DNA of 64,000 bases from the human T2T-CHM13v2.0 reference genome, Homo sapiens. The DNA lies in assembly GCF_009914755.1 (NCBI RefSeq), contig NC_060929.1, one strand, 5' to 3'. Under the pieces are notes generated by a model. It was not told the origin of the DNA. It worked only from the letters and a program-made list of their open reading frames with translations, and did not search any database. Both the position numbers and the translations under genes were made by a program. The first letter of the stretch is position 1, and each line of letters begins with the position of its first letter. This document shows positions 13,630 to 25,784 of the stretch, in pieces.

Positions 13630-14125
13630 GTATGCCTTCCTGTACTGCAGAGGCTAGAAAGCTACAAACAACATTTCCCAGGTTCCCTCACAGCTAGGGT
13701 CCTGGAAGCAAATATTTTTTTTTTTTTTTTTTTTTTGCGGAGGGGGCCAGTATTTTGCCAACCAGATATATTTTCATGTGACTTGGAAGGTAGAAGTAAG
13801 GCAGAGGAATTTTTCCTGATGCTTTGTTCTGCAGCCACATTCCTGTATCCAGGTAGGAACTCTGTGGGTATTATCGCAGCAGCAATAGTGGCTGATTGAT
13901 TTGGCAGAGTTCATTGAAGTCAGAAATTCCAGCACAACTTTCCAATTTTTCATCTTCCTAATAGTGGCAGATGTAGCAGCTCCTCTTGCAGGACAGTATA
14001 GTGGTATTATTCTGCAAATGTAGCCTAAATAACATTCCTCTAGTCCTTCCAACTCCTTATATTATACCTCTTTTAGATTAAAACAGCTGAAATTATTTGT
14101 TTCTTAAAAACAAATTCTATTATAG
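13630..14125 (+). mobile_element. LTR33-like ERVL LTR
   Basis: ACATTTCCCAGGTTCCCTCACAGCTAGGG...TTGGAAGGTAGAAGTAAGGCAGAGG motifs. Confidence 0.65.
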
Positions 14126-14130
14126 AGTTT

Positions 14131-14730
14131 GTATTATTTAGCTGCTTCTATGTAACAAATTACCCCCCAACCCCAAAAAACTTAGTGGCTTAAAACAATA
14201 AACATTTATTATCTTATGATTTCTGTGGGCTAGGAATTTGAAATCAGATTAGCTTGATGATTCTGGTTCAGAGTGTCTTGTGTGGTTGCAATCAAGATAT
14301 TAGCCAGGGCTACAGTCATCTGAAGGCTTGAGTGGGGCTGGAGGATCCACTTCCAAGATGGCTCACCAATAAAAATGTTGTCAGAATGACTCAGTTCCTC
14401 ACTTGTATTTGGCAGGAGGCCTCAGTTCCTCACTGCATGTATTTCTCCACAGGGTTGCCTGCATGTCCTAACAACATGGCAGCTGGTTTCCCCCACACAC
14501 ACCACCCTGCCCCCTCACCAGAACAAGCAATCTAAGGAAGAAAATGAAGATAATGCTGCAGTACCTTTTATGACCTTGTCTCCTAAGTTGCATGCCATTA
14601 CTTCTACTTTATTCTGTTCATTAGAAGCAAATCACTAAGTTCAGCTTACAGTCAAGGAGTGGGAATTTGGTTTCCATTCCTTGAAGGGAGCAGTGCCAAA
14701 GAACTTGTGGACGTATTTTAAACCACCACA
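14131..14730 (-). mobile_element. MLT1F-like LTR
   Basis: CTTAGTGGCTTAAAACAATAAACATTTATT...GGGGCTGGAGGATCCACTTCCAAGATGGCTCAC...TTTTAAACCACCACA. Confidence 0.8.
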
Positions 14731-17700
14731 TAATTCTATACAGATGTGAAAGTATATTATTTTGCATATTTTCTATGTAGTCTGCATACATCTAAACATC
14801 TCTCCATAATTACTAATAATTCCAACCCCAAATAGGTCATCTCTTCTGTCCTGGAAACTGGTCAAATTTCATCAGTCTTTCTTCTATTATCCTAATTTTT
14901 CTTCTTCAAAGGCAGTATTTCATGAAGGTTAATTTGCCTCTTACTCCTGCTAATGTAAAGATGAGATTTGTCTCTGTATTTACTATGAATGTCATGGTTT
15001 TCCATACTGAATAATTATTAATAACCACAGACCTATCTTTCTTATGAGCAAAAAATGAAATTCTACCATTGTTTCATAGTAGGAGACCCCAAGAGTAATT
15101 AAAATATAAGTGAGTCATTTTAAAAGTGTCAGGATAAGGGAGTGGAAGGGCTTGAATTATCTTACTAAATTTATTGAATAAGTGAATCAGATCATTTAAG
15201 AATAATTTCAATTCCTTACGTGATTTTAAAAGCAGTTAAATTATTTTCAAAGGGTTCCCAGATGACTACCCTTATATAGTAATAATAGCAAGATATTTCA
15301 GATAATTAAAGATATTTCAGAACCATTTTGACAATTCAAAAATGTTTCTAATCAAACTAGTTATATTATAAAACTGGAGAGATTGCATTAATTGCTCATA
15401 TTTGTTTTAATATTCTAAGACACAATTTTTAAATTTTTATATGCTATGTCTTTCCCATTAACCCTTTTCACAGATGCCCATTATCAGGATAATGTTAGGA
15501 CCGTGTCCAACAACTAGCATAGTTATTGTAGCAAATTAAGTGCCCAACAAAATTTCTTGTATTAATTAATGGATTAATGTAGCTAATGAGAGTGAGGTCT
15601 GGTCACTTGAAGAAGAGTGGCATCCACCTGGCTGGCAACCATTTCCAAGTTAATTTAAAATCTGTCATTTTGTTCGCCTTACTAGTTGTCTTTTGTGCCA
15701 TAGATGTGTGAGCCCATAACAATTTTCAGGACTAATATGCAAGATGCCAGAAAATACAGCCCACATCCCCATCCTCAACCTGCCTAATAAATGGAGAATA
15801 CTAAAGCATGAAAGATAATCGCAAGTGAGGCATTTGCTGAATTCTGAAGATACATTCCTATACCATGTCATCAGAATTCTTATGATTGATTTGTTTTTTT
15901 CAAAGTACTACATGCTGGTCTACCTTTACATGGTTGGCTTCCTACCCACTTGTCTCGACCCTTCTTTACTCTAAATATGTTTGCATGTTTTTCATTGTAA
16001 ACCCTGTGTAAGATAAATGGTACTATAATGAAAAGTAATGTATGAGAAATGAGTGTATTTGACATTGGCTTTAGAAGTGGCCTCCATAGATACATGGGAA
16101 CAACCGATGGCATGCACTATAGAAGGATCGTAAGCAAGGTTATGGAGAATGGAAAGTGCAAAACACGTTCAGCACCTAGATATCTTTTAATCCTAAGTAA
16201 CTCCCCTAATTGTGAAAGGAGGTATATTAAAACACAATATGTAGGCACACACCTGTTAATTTTGGAGAATGCAATTGCCTTACTGACGTAAGCCACCCAT
16301 CAACCAAAAAGGTGAACACCCAAAAGGATATGAGTCATGACTTTTTCTTGACTGTTTAGCTATAATGTTATTGGTCAACTGTGTTAACATACAGACCCCC
16401 AATAAAAAAGAGTCATTTGCTTTTTGATTGAAGGTGATTATCAGGACAAAGATATAAAAATCTGAGGAATCTCTAATAAGCATACTATGAATACTGTCAA
16501 TACCTGGGGGGAAAAATGTCGCCTACATCCATAATATTCTCTCCAAATGGCTTCCAGAATCTAGTCTACCCGATAGCATATGGCAAAAGAAGACACTGGA
16601 CCCTAACTATAAGGAAGCTTGGAACAGTTGTGACAGTAATTTCTCTGGTAGCGTTAGGTAACAACTAGTAAAGTCCTCTGATTACATGCATAGTTCCTCA
16701 GAAAAATGAAAAACATGATTTTAAATCTGACAAACTCAATATACGAGGGCTGTAAATCAGAGTTGTTTATTCAGCCCACACATTAAATGCACATATTTCT
16801 TTAAAAAATACTTACACACCTACTATGTTCCAGTCACTGTGCTAGGGATGGGGGTGGAAAGGAGAGTAGAAAGATGGATCAAATGGAATTCATTCCTCCT
16901 AAGAAATGTACAATTATACAAGGGAAACAAACAAGGGAGAAAGAAAGCATGGGAGGAAAAGTTCACATTGTCCTCTGTGTCTCTCTTTAAATTTTTTTTT
17001 ATTTTTATCAAACATATACAAACACATATATTTGATTCTTTGAACAAGTAGTTTTACAAATTTTTCCCAATCTCCTTTCATTCTCCATTTAATGAAGGCA
17101 AATGTGTCATTCTTCCAGAAGGCTCATGGAAGAGGCAGCACAGATTTCTACTCATGGATTGGTATGGAATAGATGGTCTGTTTATGGAATCTCCTAAATT
17201 GGAGGATTTTCTTGGGAATCAGCATCTAGTCTGGATTTCACTAATAAAAAAACAACATTAGTCTGGACAATACCAAGTAGCAGACTCTTTTCCTGCTTTC
17301 TGGACATCATCTGGAAGGTGCTAATAATCAAATATTGAGAAAATCCCCAGGAGAATAGTCAAGAATGAACTGCAAATGTATTGATATGTTTCTCACAGAT
17401 TACTGTTTTTTCCCCCGATTCTCCCAACCCACCTAAAAAGATCATATATTAGGAGTCAATTTTAAATTAATGGTATAAGCATAATACTTGCTCTAGATGT
17501 TTGATCATGTGCCCTTCATTTGCAATAAAAGTTTTAATATTTCTAAGTGTTAGAAATATGAATATATCTTAAGGGAGAGGGTTGAAAATGATGCATATTT
17601 TTCATATTTTATAGTATATATAAATCTGCTACTGCATTCGTTTTCTTTAAATTAAATGAATTTCATCAACCTTCTTTGCACCAAATACTGTGCTAGGTAC

Positions 17701-17771
17701 CTCACAAATATTAATCCATTTTATTATAACAACAACTCTTGAGTTAGGTATACTTAGGTCCATTTTATCTT

Positions 17772-17846
17772 ACTTTATTATTATTATTATTATTATTTGA
17801 GGCAGGGTCTCACTCTGTCGTCCAGGCTGGAGTGCAGTGGCACAAT
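17772..17846 (-). mobile_element. Alu 3' fragment with (TTA)n tail, next to a MIR fragment (~17665-17770)
   Basis: (TTA)n TTGAGGCAGGGTCTCACTCTGTCGTCCAGGCTGGAGTGCAGTGGCACAAT, then an abrupt end. Confidence 0.85.
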
Positions 17847-18230
17847 GTATGCCTAGATAGCCAAGCATGAAAAAGAACAGCATGAACAATCAGGAAAACT
17901 TAATGTGGCACATTTAAGAAAAGGAAGAATGAAAACCAAAGAGAGGGTGGAGGGGAGGAAGGAAGAAAACATTGAAGAATCAGACACAAAAAGCTCAACC
18001 AGAAGAAAAGCTAATCCAAGAAACAGAAGGAAGTTCTCCCAACTTTCACTGTTGTATTTAAAAAAAGAAGAACATAAATTAAAGAAAGTAGGAGATCACA
18101 TAAAAAAATCTACTTAACCACTAGTATTTGCTTTACCCATGACTTTTCACCAATAGAAACTATGATGTTATAATTAATGTAAATATGCCAGATATCATTA
18201 ATGTTCACTTCTACTTCAAAATTATGGTAT

Positions 18231-19798
18231 TGAGAGGTGACAGAGTGCTGGCAGTCCTCACAGCCCTCGCTCACTCTTGGTGCCTCTTCTGCGTGGGCTC
18301 CCACTTTGGCGGCACTTGAGGAGCCCTTCAGCCCACCGCTGCACTGTGGGAGCCCCTTTCTGGGCTGGCCAAGGCCAGAGCCAACTCCCTCAGCTTGCAG
18401 GGAGGTGTGGAGGGAGAGGCGCGAGTGGGAACCGGGGCTGCGCGTGGCGCTTGCGGGCCAGCTGGAGTTCCCCGTGGGCGTGACCTTGGCGGTCCCCGCA
18501 CTTGGAGCAGCCCGCCGGCCCTGCCAGCCCGGGCAATGAGGGGCTTAGCACCGGGGCCAGCAGCTGCAGAGGGTGTACTGGGTACCCCAGCAGTGCTAGC
18601 CCACCGGCGCTGCTCTCAATTTCTCACAGGGTCTTAGCTGTCTTCCCGCGGGGCAGGGCTCGGGACCTACAGCCCGCCATGCCTGAGCCTCCCACCCCCT
18701 CCATGGGCTCCTGTGCGGCCAGAGCCTCCCCGATGAGAGCCGCCCCCTGCTCCACAGTGCCCAGTCCCATCCACCACCCAAGGGCTGAGGAGTGCGGGCG
18801 CACCGCGCGGGACTGGCAGGCAGCTCCACCTGCAGCCCCGGTGTGGGATCCACTGGGTGAAGCCAGCTGGGCTCCTGAGTCTGGTGGGGACGTGGAAAAC
18901 CTTTATGTCTAGCTCAGGGATTGTAAATACACCAATCGGCACTGTGTATCCAGCTCAAGGTTTGTAAACACACCAATCAGCACCCTGTGTCTAGCTCAGG
19001 GTTTGTGCATGCACCAATCGACACTCTGTATCTAGCTACTCTGGTGGGGCCTTGGAGAACCTTTGTGTGGGCACTCTGTATCTAGCTAATCTGGTGGGGA
19101 TGTGGAGAACCTTTGTGTCTAGCTCAGGGATTGTAAAGGCACCAATCAGCGCGCTGTCAAAACAGACCACTCCGCTCTACCAATCAGCAGGAGGTGGGTG
19201 GGGCCGGATAAGAGAATGAAAGCAGGCTGCCCGAGCCAGCAGTGACAGCCCGCTGGAGTCCCATTCCACACGGCGGAAGCTTTGTTCTTTCGCTCTTTGC
19301 AATAAATCTTGCTACTGCTCACTCTTTGGGTCCACGGACTGCTTTTATGAGCTGTAACACTCACCGCGAAAGTCTGCAGCTTCACTCCTGAAGCCAGCGA
19401 GACCACACCACGAGCCCACCGGGAGGAAGGAACAACTCCAGACGCGCCGCCTTAAGAGCTGTAACAATCACCGCGAAGGTCTGCAGCTTCACTCCTGAGC
19501 CAGCAAGACCAGGAACCCACCAGAAGGAAGAAACTCCGAACACATCTGAACATCAGAAGGAACAAACTCCAGACGCGCCACCTTAAAGAGCTGTAACACT
19601 CACCACGAAGGTCTGCAGCTTCACTCCTGAGCCAGCGAGAGCACGAACCCACCAGAAGAAAGAAACTCCGAACACATCCAAACATCAGAAGGAACAAACT
19701 CCAGACACGCCACCTTAAGAGCTGTAACACTCACCTGGAGGGTCGGCGGCTTCATTCTTGAAGTCAGTGAGGCCAAGAACCCACCAATTCTGGACACA
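18231..19798 (+). mobile_element. LTR12C (ERV9) solo LTR
   Basis: TGAGAGGTGACAGAGTGCTGGCAGTCCTCACAGCCCTCG...CCACCAATTCTGGACACA; CpG-rich U3, CCAAT repeats, AATAAA at 19301; TSD GTAT/GTAG. Confidence 0.95.
18870..19230 (+). promoter_or_regulatory. LTR12C enhancer/promoter repeats with five CCAAT (NF-Y) boxes
   Basis: CCAAT at 18932, 18973, 19014, 19142 and 19180 within TCTAGCT...ACCAATC repeat units. Confidence 0.75.
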
Positions 19799-19818
19799 GT
19801 AGTTATTAAGCTCATCCT

Positions 19819-20207
19819 TGAAAGATTCTCCCCAGGGCCTGAAAGCTTAAGGGAATGAATAACTCCTCCCTCCTCAGGCCCAGTCCCAAGGCGCAAGGCC
19901 ACCTGCGCCAGTAGCGTGCAGTCAGCAAGATAGCAGAAGCAGGAACAGAGCTGGCCGGAAGACACATAACCCCTGAAGATGGAGAGGGAGGCCGTCCGGG
20001 TACTACGTAGCAGTCATGTCAGACTGGGACACTTCCTGTTTACAGAGGACTATAAAACCCCTGCCCAGTCCTCATTTGGGGCTGACGCCATTTTAGGCCT
20101 CAGCCAGTCTGCACCCAGGTGCTCATTAAAAGAGCCTCTTGCTCCATACCACCTCGTGTTGTCTGTTGGCGCACTCTCCCGGTTCGAACCAATGCAAGAG
20201 CCTTGTA
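19819..20207 (+). mobile_element. LTR3-like (HERV-K HML-6) solo LTR
   Basis: TGAAAGATTCTCCCCAGGGCCTGAAAGCTTAAGGG...CTATAAAA (TATA ~20051)...ATTAAA...GAGCCTTGTA; imperfect TSD ATCCT/ATCAT; family name from recall. Confidence 0.75.
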
Positions 20208-20833
20208 ATCATTAAATTTTATTATTTAATGCATTAATAAAGGAGCAGATATATTTCTATATCACAAATTTTCAAAATATTTTGATAATTCGTTCTTAAT
20301 ATGATTGATTTTTTCTGTAATTGTATGCATTTTACTTTAAATTTGTAAGAACATTATTCTGAGAAGGAGTCTGTAGACTTCACCAGAGTGCCAAAACCAT
20401 CCATGGAACAAAAAAGTGGTTAAGAACCCCTGCAGTCAAATCCCAGAAAAGCCTGCAGCTCCTCCAGCGTTCACATCACGTGAAAAGACCTCATGCAAGT
20501 GAAGCTGAAGCTTCATTTGTTTTAAATTAAATTGATCACTGGTTGTAGCTGAAGCAGCCATTATCAACCAAGAGATAGAACCCAAGTGCTGGTAATAATA
20601 CAGTAACAAGAAAGGACTTCTAACATCATGGAGAAGCAATGCTGTTACTAGACCTTACCAACGACAATAGCTCAGAATCTAACACAACCCACAGACTCCT
20701 AATAAATGGTAGAACTGGAGAAAGTTGCATATTCATGAGTATTTTCCTTCACAGTATCGAATCTCCTGCGTACAAACGTCCAAGTGAAAATTGTTTCATA
20801 TCAACAATAAGTGCAATGAAAAGTATCCCTAAA

Positions 20834-21165
20834 TGTGTTAGTCTGTTTTCCCACTGCTGATAAAGACATATCCAAGACTGGGAAGAAAAAGAGGTTTTAA
20901 TGGACTTAAAATTCCCTGTGGCTGGGGAGGCCTCACAATCATGGTGGAAGGTAAAAGGCACATCTCACTTGGTGGCAGACAAGAGAAGAGAGCTTGTGCA
21001 GAGAAACTCCCCTTTTTAAAACCATCAGCTCTGGTGAGACTTACAGTCATAAGAACAGCAGAGGAAAGACCTGCCCCATGATTCAATTACCTCCTACCAG
21101 GTCCCTCTAACAATACATGAAAATTCAAGATGAGATTTGCGTGGGGACACAGCCAAACCATATCA
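20834..21165 (-). mobile_element. THE1 solo LTR
   Basis: TGTGTTAGTCTGTTTTCCCACTGCTGATAAAGAC...GCCAAACCATATCA; TSD CTAAA at 20829-20833 and 21166-21170. Confidence 0.92.
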
Positions 21166-21749
21166 CTAAATTTAAAAAACTTTTCCATCAATAAAGAAAA
21201 GGATCTCCAATCTATGTTTAGCAAAAGTAAACTCGTTACTCCCTAGTCAAAACTCTTCAGAATCTTAATACTATAGCAATGCTTTCAGAGAGTCAAAGAC
21301 TTCATAGGAAATCTTTTTTTTTTTTTAAGATGAAAAGTCAGGATCTGAATTCATACCTTGCCCAAATGTATTTGGAAATTGCTTTTGAAATCTGAACTCT
21401 AGGCATTCTTTCCCTTTAATCAAAAAGCAATATACACATCAAGCGACTTTATATGTGTGCTTGACCTTCATTAATGTTTCCTGTGGGTAGTACTTTCAAA
21501 TTATTTAGCTTATCCATTAAAGTTCTTAATTCATAAGAAACAAATGTCAAAATTTCAGAAGCTACACATCAGAGATGGTTCTGAAAAAAAAATATTTTTT
21601 TGCCAAAATACTAACTTCCCATATCGATTCTCTTTCCCCAAGAGCTCTCAAGGAACTCATTTGAAGTTTTTTCAAGTTCACAACCAGCCTTACAAGATTT
21701 ATTTACCTAAAAATAAGATCACAAGAATCACAAATAGAGTAGATATGGT

Positions 21750-21980
21750 GGCCCTTCTGCCTGAAATGTCCTTGCTGCACCTCTCAGCTTGAAAATCTCT
21801 TCATTTTTCAGTGCCTTTTCATTCATCCATCTTCCATGCCCCCAGTAGAATTAGCTGCTTTGTCTTGTGTTTCCATAGCACTTAAGTTATGGCCTTATTT
21901 AGCACTTACTATCTACCATTTGAATCTGTTTATATGGCTGCTTACTCAACTAGATTACGAGTTCTTCAAGGCTAGGGTGA
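21750..21980 (+). mobile_element. L2 3' fragment
   Basis: CCTTCTGCCTGAAATGTCCTT...AGCACTTACT...CTAGATTACGAGTTCTTCAAGGCTAGGG. Confidence 0.55.
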
Positions 21981-22786
21981 GTTTTCAGTTCTCTCAGGGA
22001 TGCAGGGATAATGTAGGTACAGAAACAAAGACAGAAACCGAAGAGAGCAAAGGTTGATGGGAAGAGCAAAAGGTAGAGCCTGAAGTGATTCCTCAAGCCA
22101 ACCTTCACTGCATCAACTTTTTCCTTTTAATGTATTCGGTTTTAATATGAGAAGAGGAAAGAAGTAGGGTTCAGGACCAAAAATAATTTTACCAACTTTA
22201 GTGAGATAATTTTTCTGTAGGAAAATCAAGGTAATTTAAGGTTTATCTCCAACTGTGCCTTTAACCCAGGCTGACCCACCACACATTGTGTAACCAGCAC
22301 AAGCACTGAATAAAAGTAAACGTAAAGTCTTATATTTCCTATCTGGCAATTATCTCTCATTCATTTGCTTTGCTTTTCCCCACATTTGCTCTTTGCTCCC
22401 ACTAACTACCCCACACCCATCTCAGTTTATCACACTAGGACAACTTGACTTTTTCTGCTGGGAACCACTGGATGGAAATCCAGGTCCATTTTCAGACTTC
22501 ATAGTGCAGCTCTGAAACTCAAATCCCAGATCCCAGTGACTTGGAGGAAAACAGAAGAGGTAGTATTGCTTTTCTCCTGCAGAAGAAGAGAGGCAAAGAT
22601 ACATGGCCTCACATGCAGCATGGAGCCCTGCCAGGAAGGCTCTATGAACTTCCTGGTCTTGTTATGTGTTGTGTATAATACCCTCACCTGAGCAGATACA
22701 GCCTTTCAGCCATTCAGTTGGAGAGGTAGGTACTATGGCTGCAGTTCCAGGAACTCAAAAGAAGACCTAAGAAACAAAGAACATAT

Positions 22787-23585
22787 TTGTGGCTTTGTTG
22801 GAGTTTTCCCAAAAGCAGACTCAAGACAAGGATATTAGTGCAAGTAGTTTTATTAGAGAAACAAAAATAACACAGGTAAAGAAGTGAGAACATGATATAT
22901 AAAGACAGAAAGAGAAAGCAACCAGTAGGAGTGCTATTAGGTGAGCTGCCACAGTGGAAGCTGGTGCTCTATTTCCCATGTAGAAATCCTTACAAATAGT
23001 GCAAAACGTATGTCTCAGAATTACCCAAGCTGTGAGGTGAGGGAGTTGGGATATTTATACATAAAATGTATACATTTTGTACATTTCTACAAGAGTCAAC
23101 AATTGGCCAGGTGTGGTGGCTGATGCCTGTAATCCCAGCACTTTGGATAGCCAAGGCAGGTGGATCACTTGAGCCCAGGAGTTCAAGACCAGTCTGGCCA
23201 ACATGGTGAAACTCCATCTTTATGAAAAATACAAAAATTAGCCCAGTGTTGTGGCACGCACTTGTAATCTCAGCTACTCAGGAGGCTGAGGTGGGAGAAT
23301 CGCTTGAGCTCAGGAAGCCGAGGTTATAGTGAGCTGAGATTGCGCCACTGCAGTCCAGCTTGGGTGACAGAGGGAGATCCTATCTCAAAAAAAAAAAAAA
23401 GTCAATAATTGAGGGCTTACTGGAGTGAGAGGGCAGAAGTTAACTCTTAATTGGGCAACATGGTTTTCCACAGTTGTAGTTGGGGGGTGGAGGGAAGATC
23501 CCTGCAGCAGATATGCAGATATTGGCAAGTGGAAGTCTAGAGACTGAAAACTCCGAGGACTAGGGTTAGCCACTACCAGCCTGTA
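22787..23585 (-). mobile_element. Old ERVL LTR (LTR16-like), interrupted by an Alu
   Basis: GAGTTTTCCCAAAAGCAGACTCAAGACAAGGATATTAGTGCAAGTAGTTTTATT terminus. Confidence 0.5.
23105..23400 (+). mobile_element. Alu (J-like)
   Basis: Full dimer with A15 tail; TSD AGTCAACAATT / AGTCAATAATT. Confidence 0.95.
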
Positions 23586-24787
23586 CTACATGTTGTCTGT
23601 CTGCTAATCTGGCCTAAGTCCTTACATTGGATACTTCTGAGGCAAGCCTGGATAAGGAGTATGCATGGACACGAAGTGGGAGTTGGCACTGGAGAGTGCA
23701 TTTTTTGTAAATGCAGGCTACACTAACACCCCTTTTTGCATAGTGAGAGGGTGTACCCTTTTGTGCTGGTGCCTTACTCAGGCTATTACATAGATGACAA
23801 TGGAGAAAAACAGGCTTGGCCCTACATCCTAGTATCCTGATCCCCAAATGAGCCAGAGGGTGGAGCGTAGCCAGAATCTGCCTACAGATTCACATAAATG
23901 ACAAGTCCAGGGGCTCGGGGAACTTCCTGAACCAAGATGCAGTTCAAATCTACCTCACTCTGGGTAGAAGCAATAAGGTAAAAGGAACTATTTTCATCCA
24001 CATTTCAACTCAGGGAGTAATCTGGGCATCAGAAAGAAACTAAATGGAATCTGTGCCAACCTTTTAAAAAATCTTAGAGCCACCCTTTAGGGCGAGATTT
24101 GTAATGTAAACAGGGTCAAGAGGAGTCTATGAACAGGAGAAATGTGTTGTGGTCCTGTAAGCCCAGGCCATGTTGCATGTGCTTTCTAGGTGAGATCTGT
24201 TTGCTTCTTAGGTAACTAGTGAAGACATCACCTACTGTTCTCACAGGTGAGGAGCCTCAAATGGAATCAGGGAACTTCTGTCTTCTCTATTGAGATGAGC
24301 AGATACTGTTTCATCCTCTTCACTGTTCAAGCCTGGGTAGATGGTAGAGCATCTGTCAGCATCCCTCTGAAACCTGAGGCCTGGAATTTGTACAGCAGAG
24401 TAAGCAATGGAAGTATCTGAACTGCTCCCTCCTGTGTGGGGGGCAGGGAATAACGAACATCAGCTTAGAGTCTTCAAAGAGGGGGTTGTGAAACAGGACC
24501 AAGGATTTGAATAAGACGAGAGAGTGAGAATGAAGGAGGGCTTGGCACACAGGGAGTATTTGTGTGTAGTACCTTCCATCTGAAGGCCAAGCCTGTGATG
24601 CCTCCAGCCCCTTGTGTACAAAGGAAAAGGAAAGTTTTAAAGTCACAGCCCCTGGTTCTCCCTCACCATTATATTCTTGGAGGGCTGCCTTTATCTTCAA
24701 CATCATACAGCCTGTGTGCATCTGGGGAAGACGAGCAAGGCAGAAGCTGCTCAGAAAGGGCTGCTGTTTCCTGATCATTTTGCAGGA

Positions 24788-24845
24788 TGTATCAGTCCGA
24801 GTTCAACCAGTGAAGCAGAGTAGTAGAAGATAAATATATCTCCTC

Positions 24846-24876
<31 letters not shown>

Positions 24877-25405
24877 CGTGCAATTGTGCAGCTGGCCAAG
24901 TAAGTCCAAAGTCTGTGGGGCAAGCAGTCATGAAAAGAAGATCACAAACAAGCAGAAACCCCAAGGGCACAGCCAGGAGCTTGTTCACAGGAGGTCAGAA
25001 GAGAAGATTATAAGCAGGCCAGAACCCATGGGCACAGACATACACACTCTCCCCCATCTTCTCTCCTCCCTCCTTTTTTTTCTCTCTGTCCCCAAAGAAG
25101 CCCTATGCCCTCTTTTAAGGCCTTCCAACTGGTAAGGTCAGACCCACGCAGGATAACTTAAAGTCAACTGATGAAGAACTTTAATTACATTTGCAAAAGT
25201 CCTTCACAGCAGCACCTAGACTGGTGTTTGATTGGATAACTGGGAGGATTGTATATGCTAACAAATGGCTACTGCTTCCCTTCATTTTCCAGCTCTCACA
25301 GGAGTGTGTCTCTTATAGCCCACTCTATCTGGTACTGCACTACAAACGGAATTCTGGAAAATGCAGTTTAACTTAGTTAATCTCAGACATCACACAGCCA
25401 TCACA
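24788..25405 (-). mobile_element. MLT2-family (ERVL) LTR
   Basis: TGTATCAGTCCGAGTTCAACCAG...CTTAAAGTCAACTGAT...CCTTCACAGCAGCACCTAGACTGGTGTTTGATT...CCATCACA. Confidence 0.7.
24845..24882. repeat. (TG)n(CG)5 alternating purine-pyrimidine tract
   Basis: CGTGTGTG...TGCGCGCGCGCGTGCA read directly, 38 bp. Confidence 0.95.
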
Positions 25406-25784
25406 CAGGGAGATTTGGCAGAGGTGGGGAGGGGTACCAGTCATCCCTGAGAATTACTAGGTGGAGTTCCCAGTAAGTATCACTCACCCAAGAAGGACCT
25501 ACCAAGGAAAACAACTCTGTGGATAGGAGAGACGTTAAGACTGTCTTCTCTGATTTCTATTCCTCACTCAGATTAGGGGAAAAGCCCCTTCATATTCAAA
25601 AAGAAGGGCCCCACTGCAACCTTAATTAGGCATCCTGTACTGGGTGAGAAGTGGAATGTCACTCATGAGATCAAATGCAGAGGCCCACTGAGGGGACTCA
25701 TTCTGAATGATTGGTATGGTCCTTCCCATGGTCCTTGATGGTAATTCAGGTTTTAATGCAGAAAACAAAAACACTCTAGATTCT

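Larger units (their letters stand above)
18112..20432 (-). mobile_element. Charlie4a-like hAT DNA transposon split by two LTRs
   Basis: Terminus TTCTGAGAAGGAGTCTGTAGACTTCACCAGAGTGCC...GGTTAAGAACCCCTG; internal CTACTTCAAAATTATGGTA|GTTATTAAG continues across the insertions. Confidence 0.7.

Noticed and set aside
18237-18942. Cluster of overlapping GC-rich ORFs and a CpG-island-like region as a gene promoter/first exon
   Set aside because: Entirely within the LTR12C U3; high GC suppresses stop codons.
18870-19760. Regularly spaced repeats resembling a CRISPR array
   Set aside because: Known internal tandem repeats of LTR12; the intervening sequences are themselves repeated, there are no unique spacers or cas genes, and the DNA is primate.
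24356-24778. 140-aa minus-strand ORF in apparently unique DNA
   Set aside because: No recognisable domain or supporting exon structure; a length attainable by chance in 64 kb.
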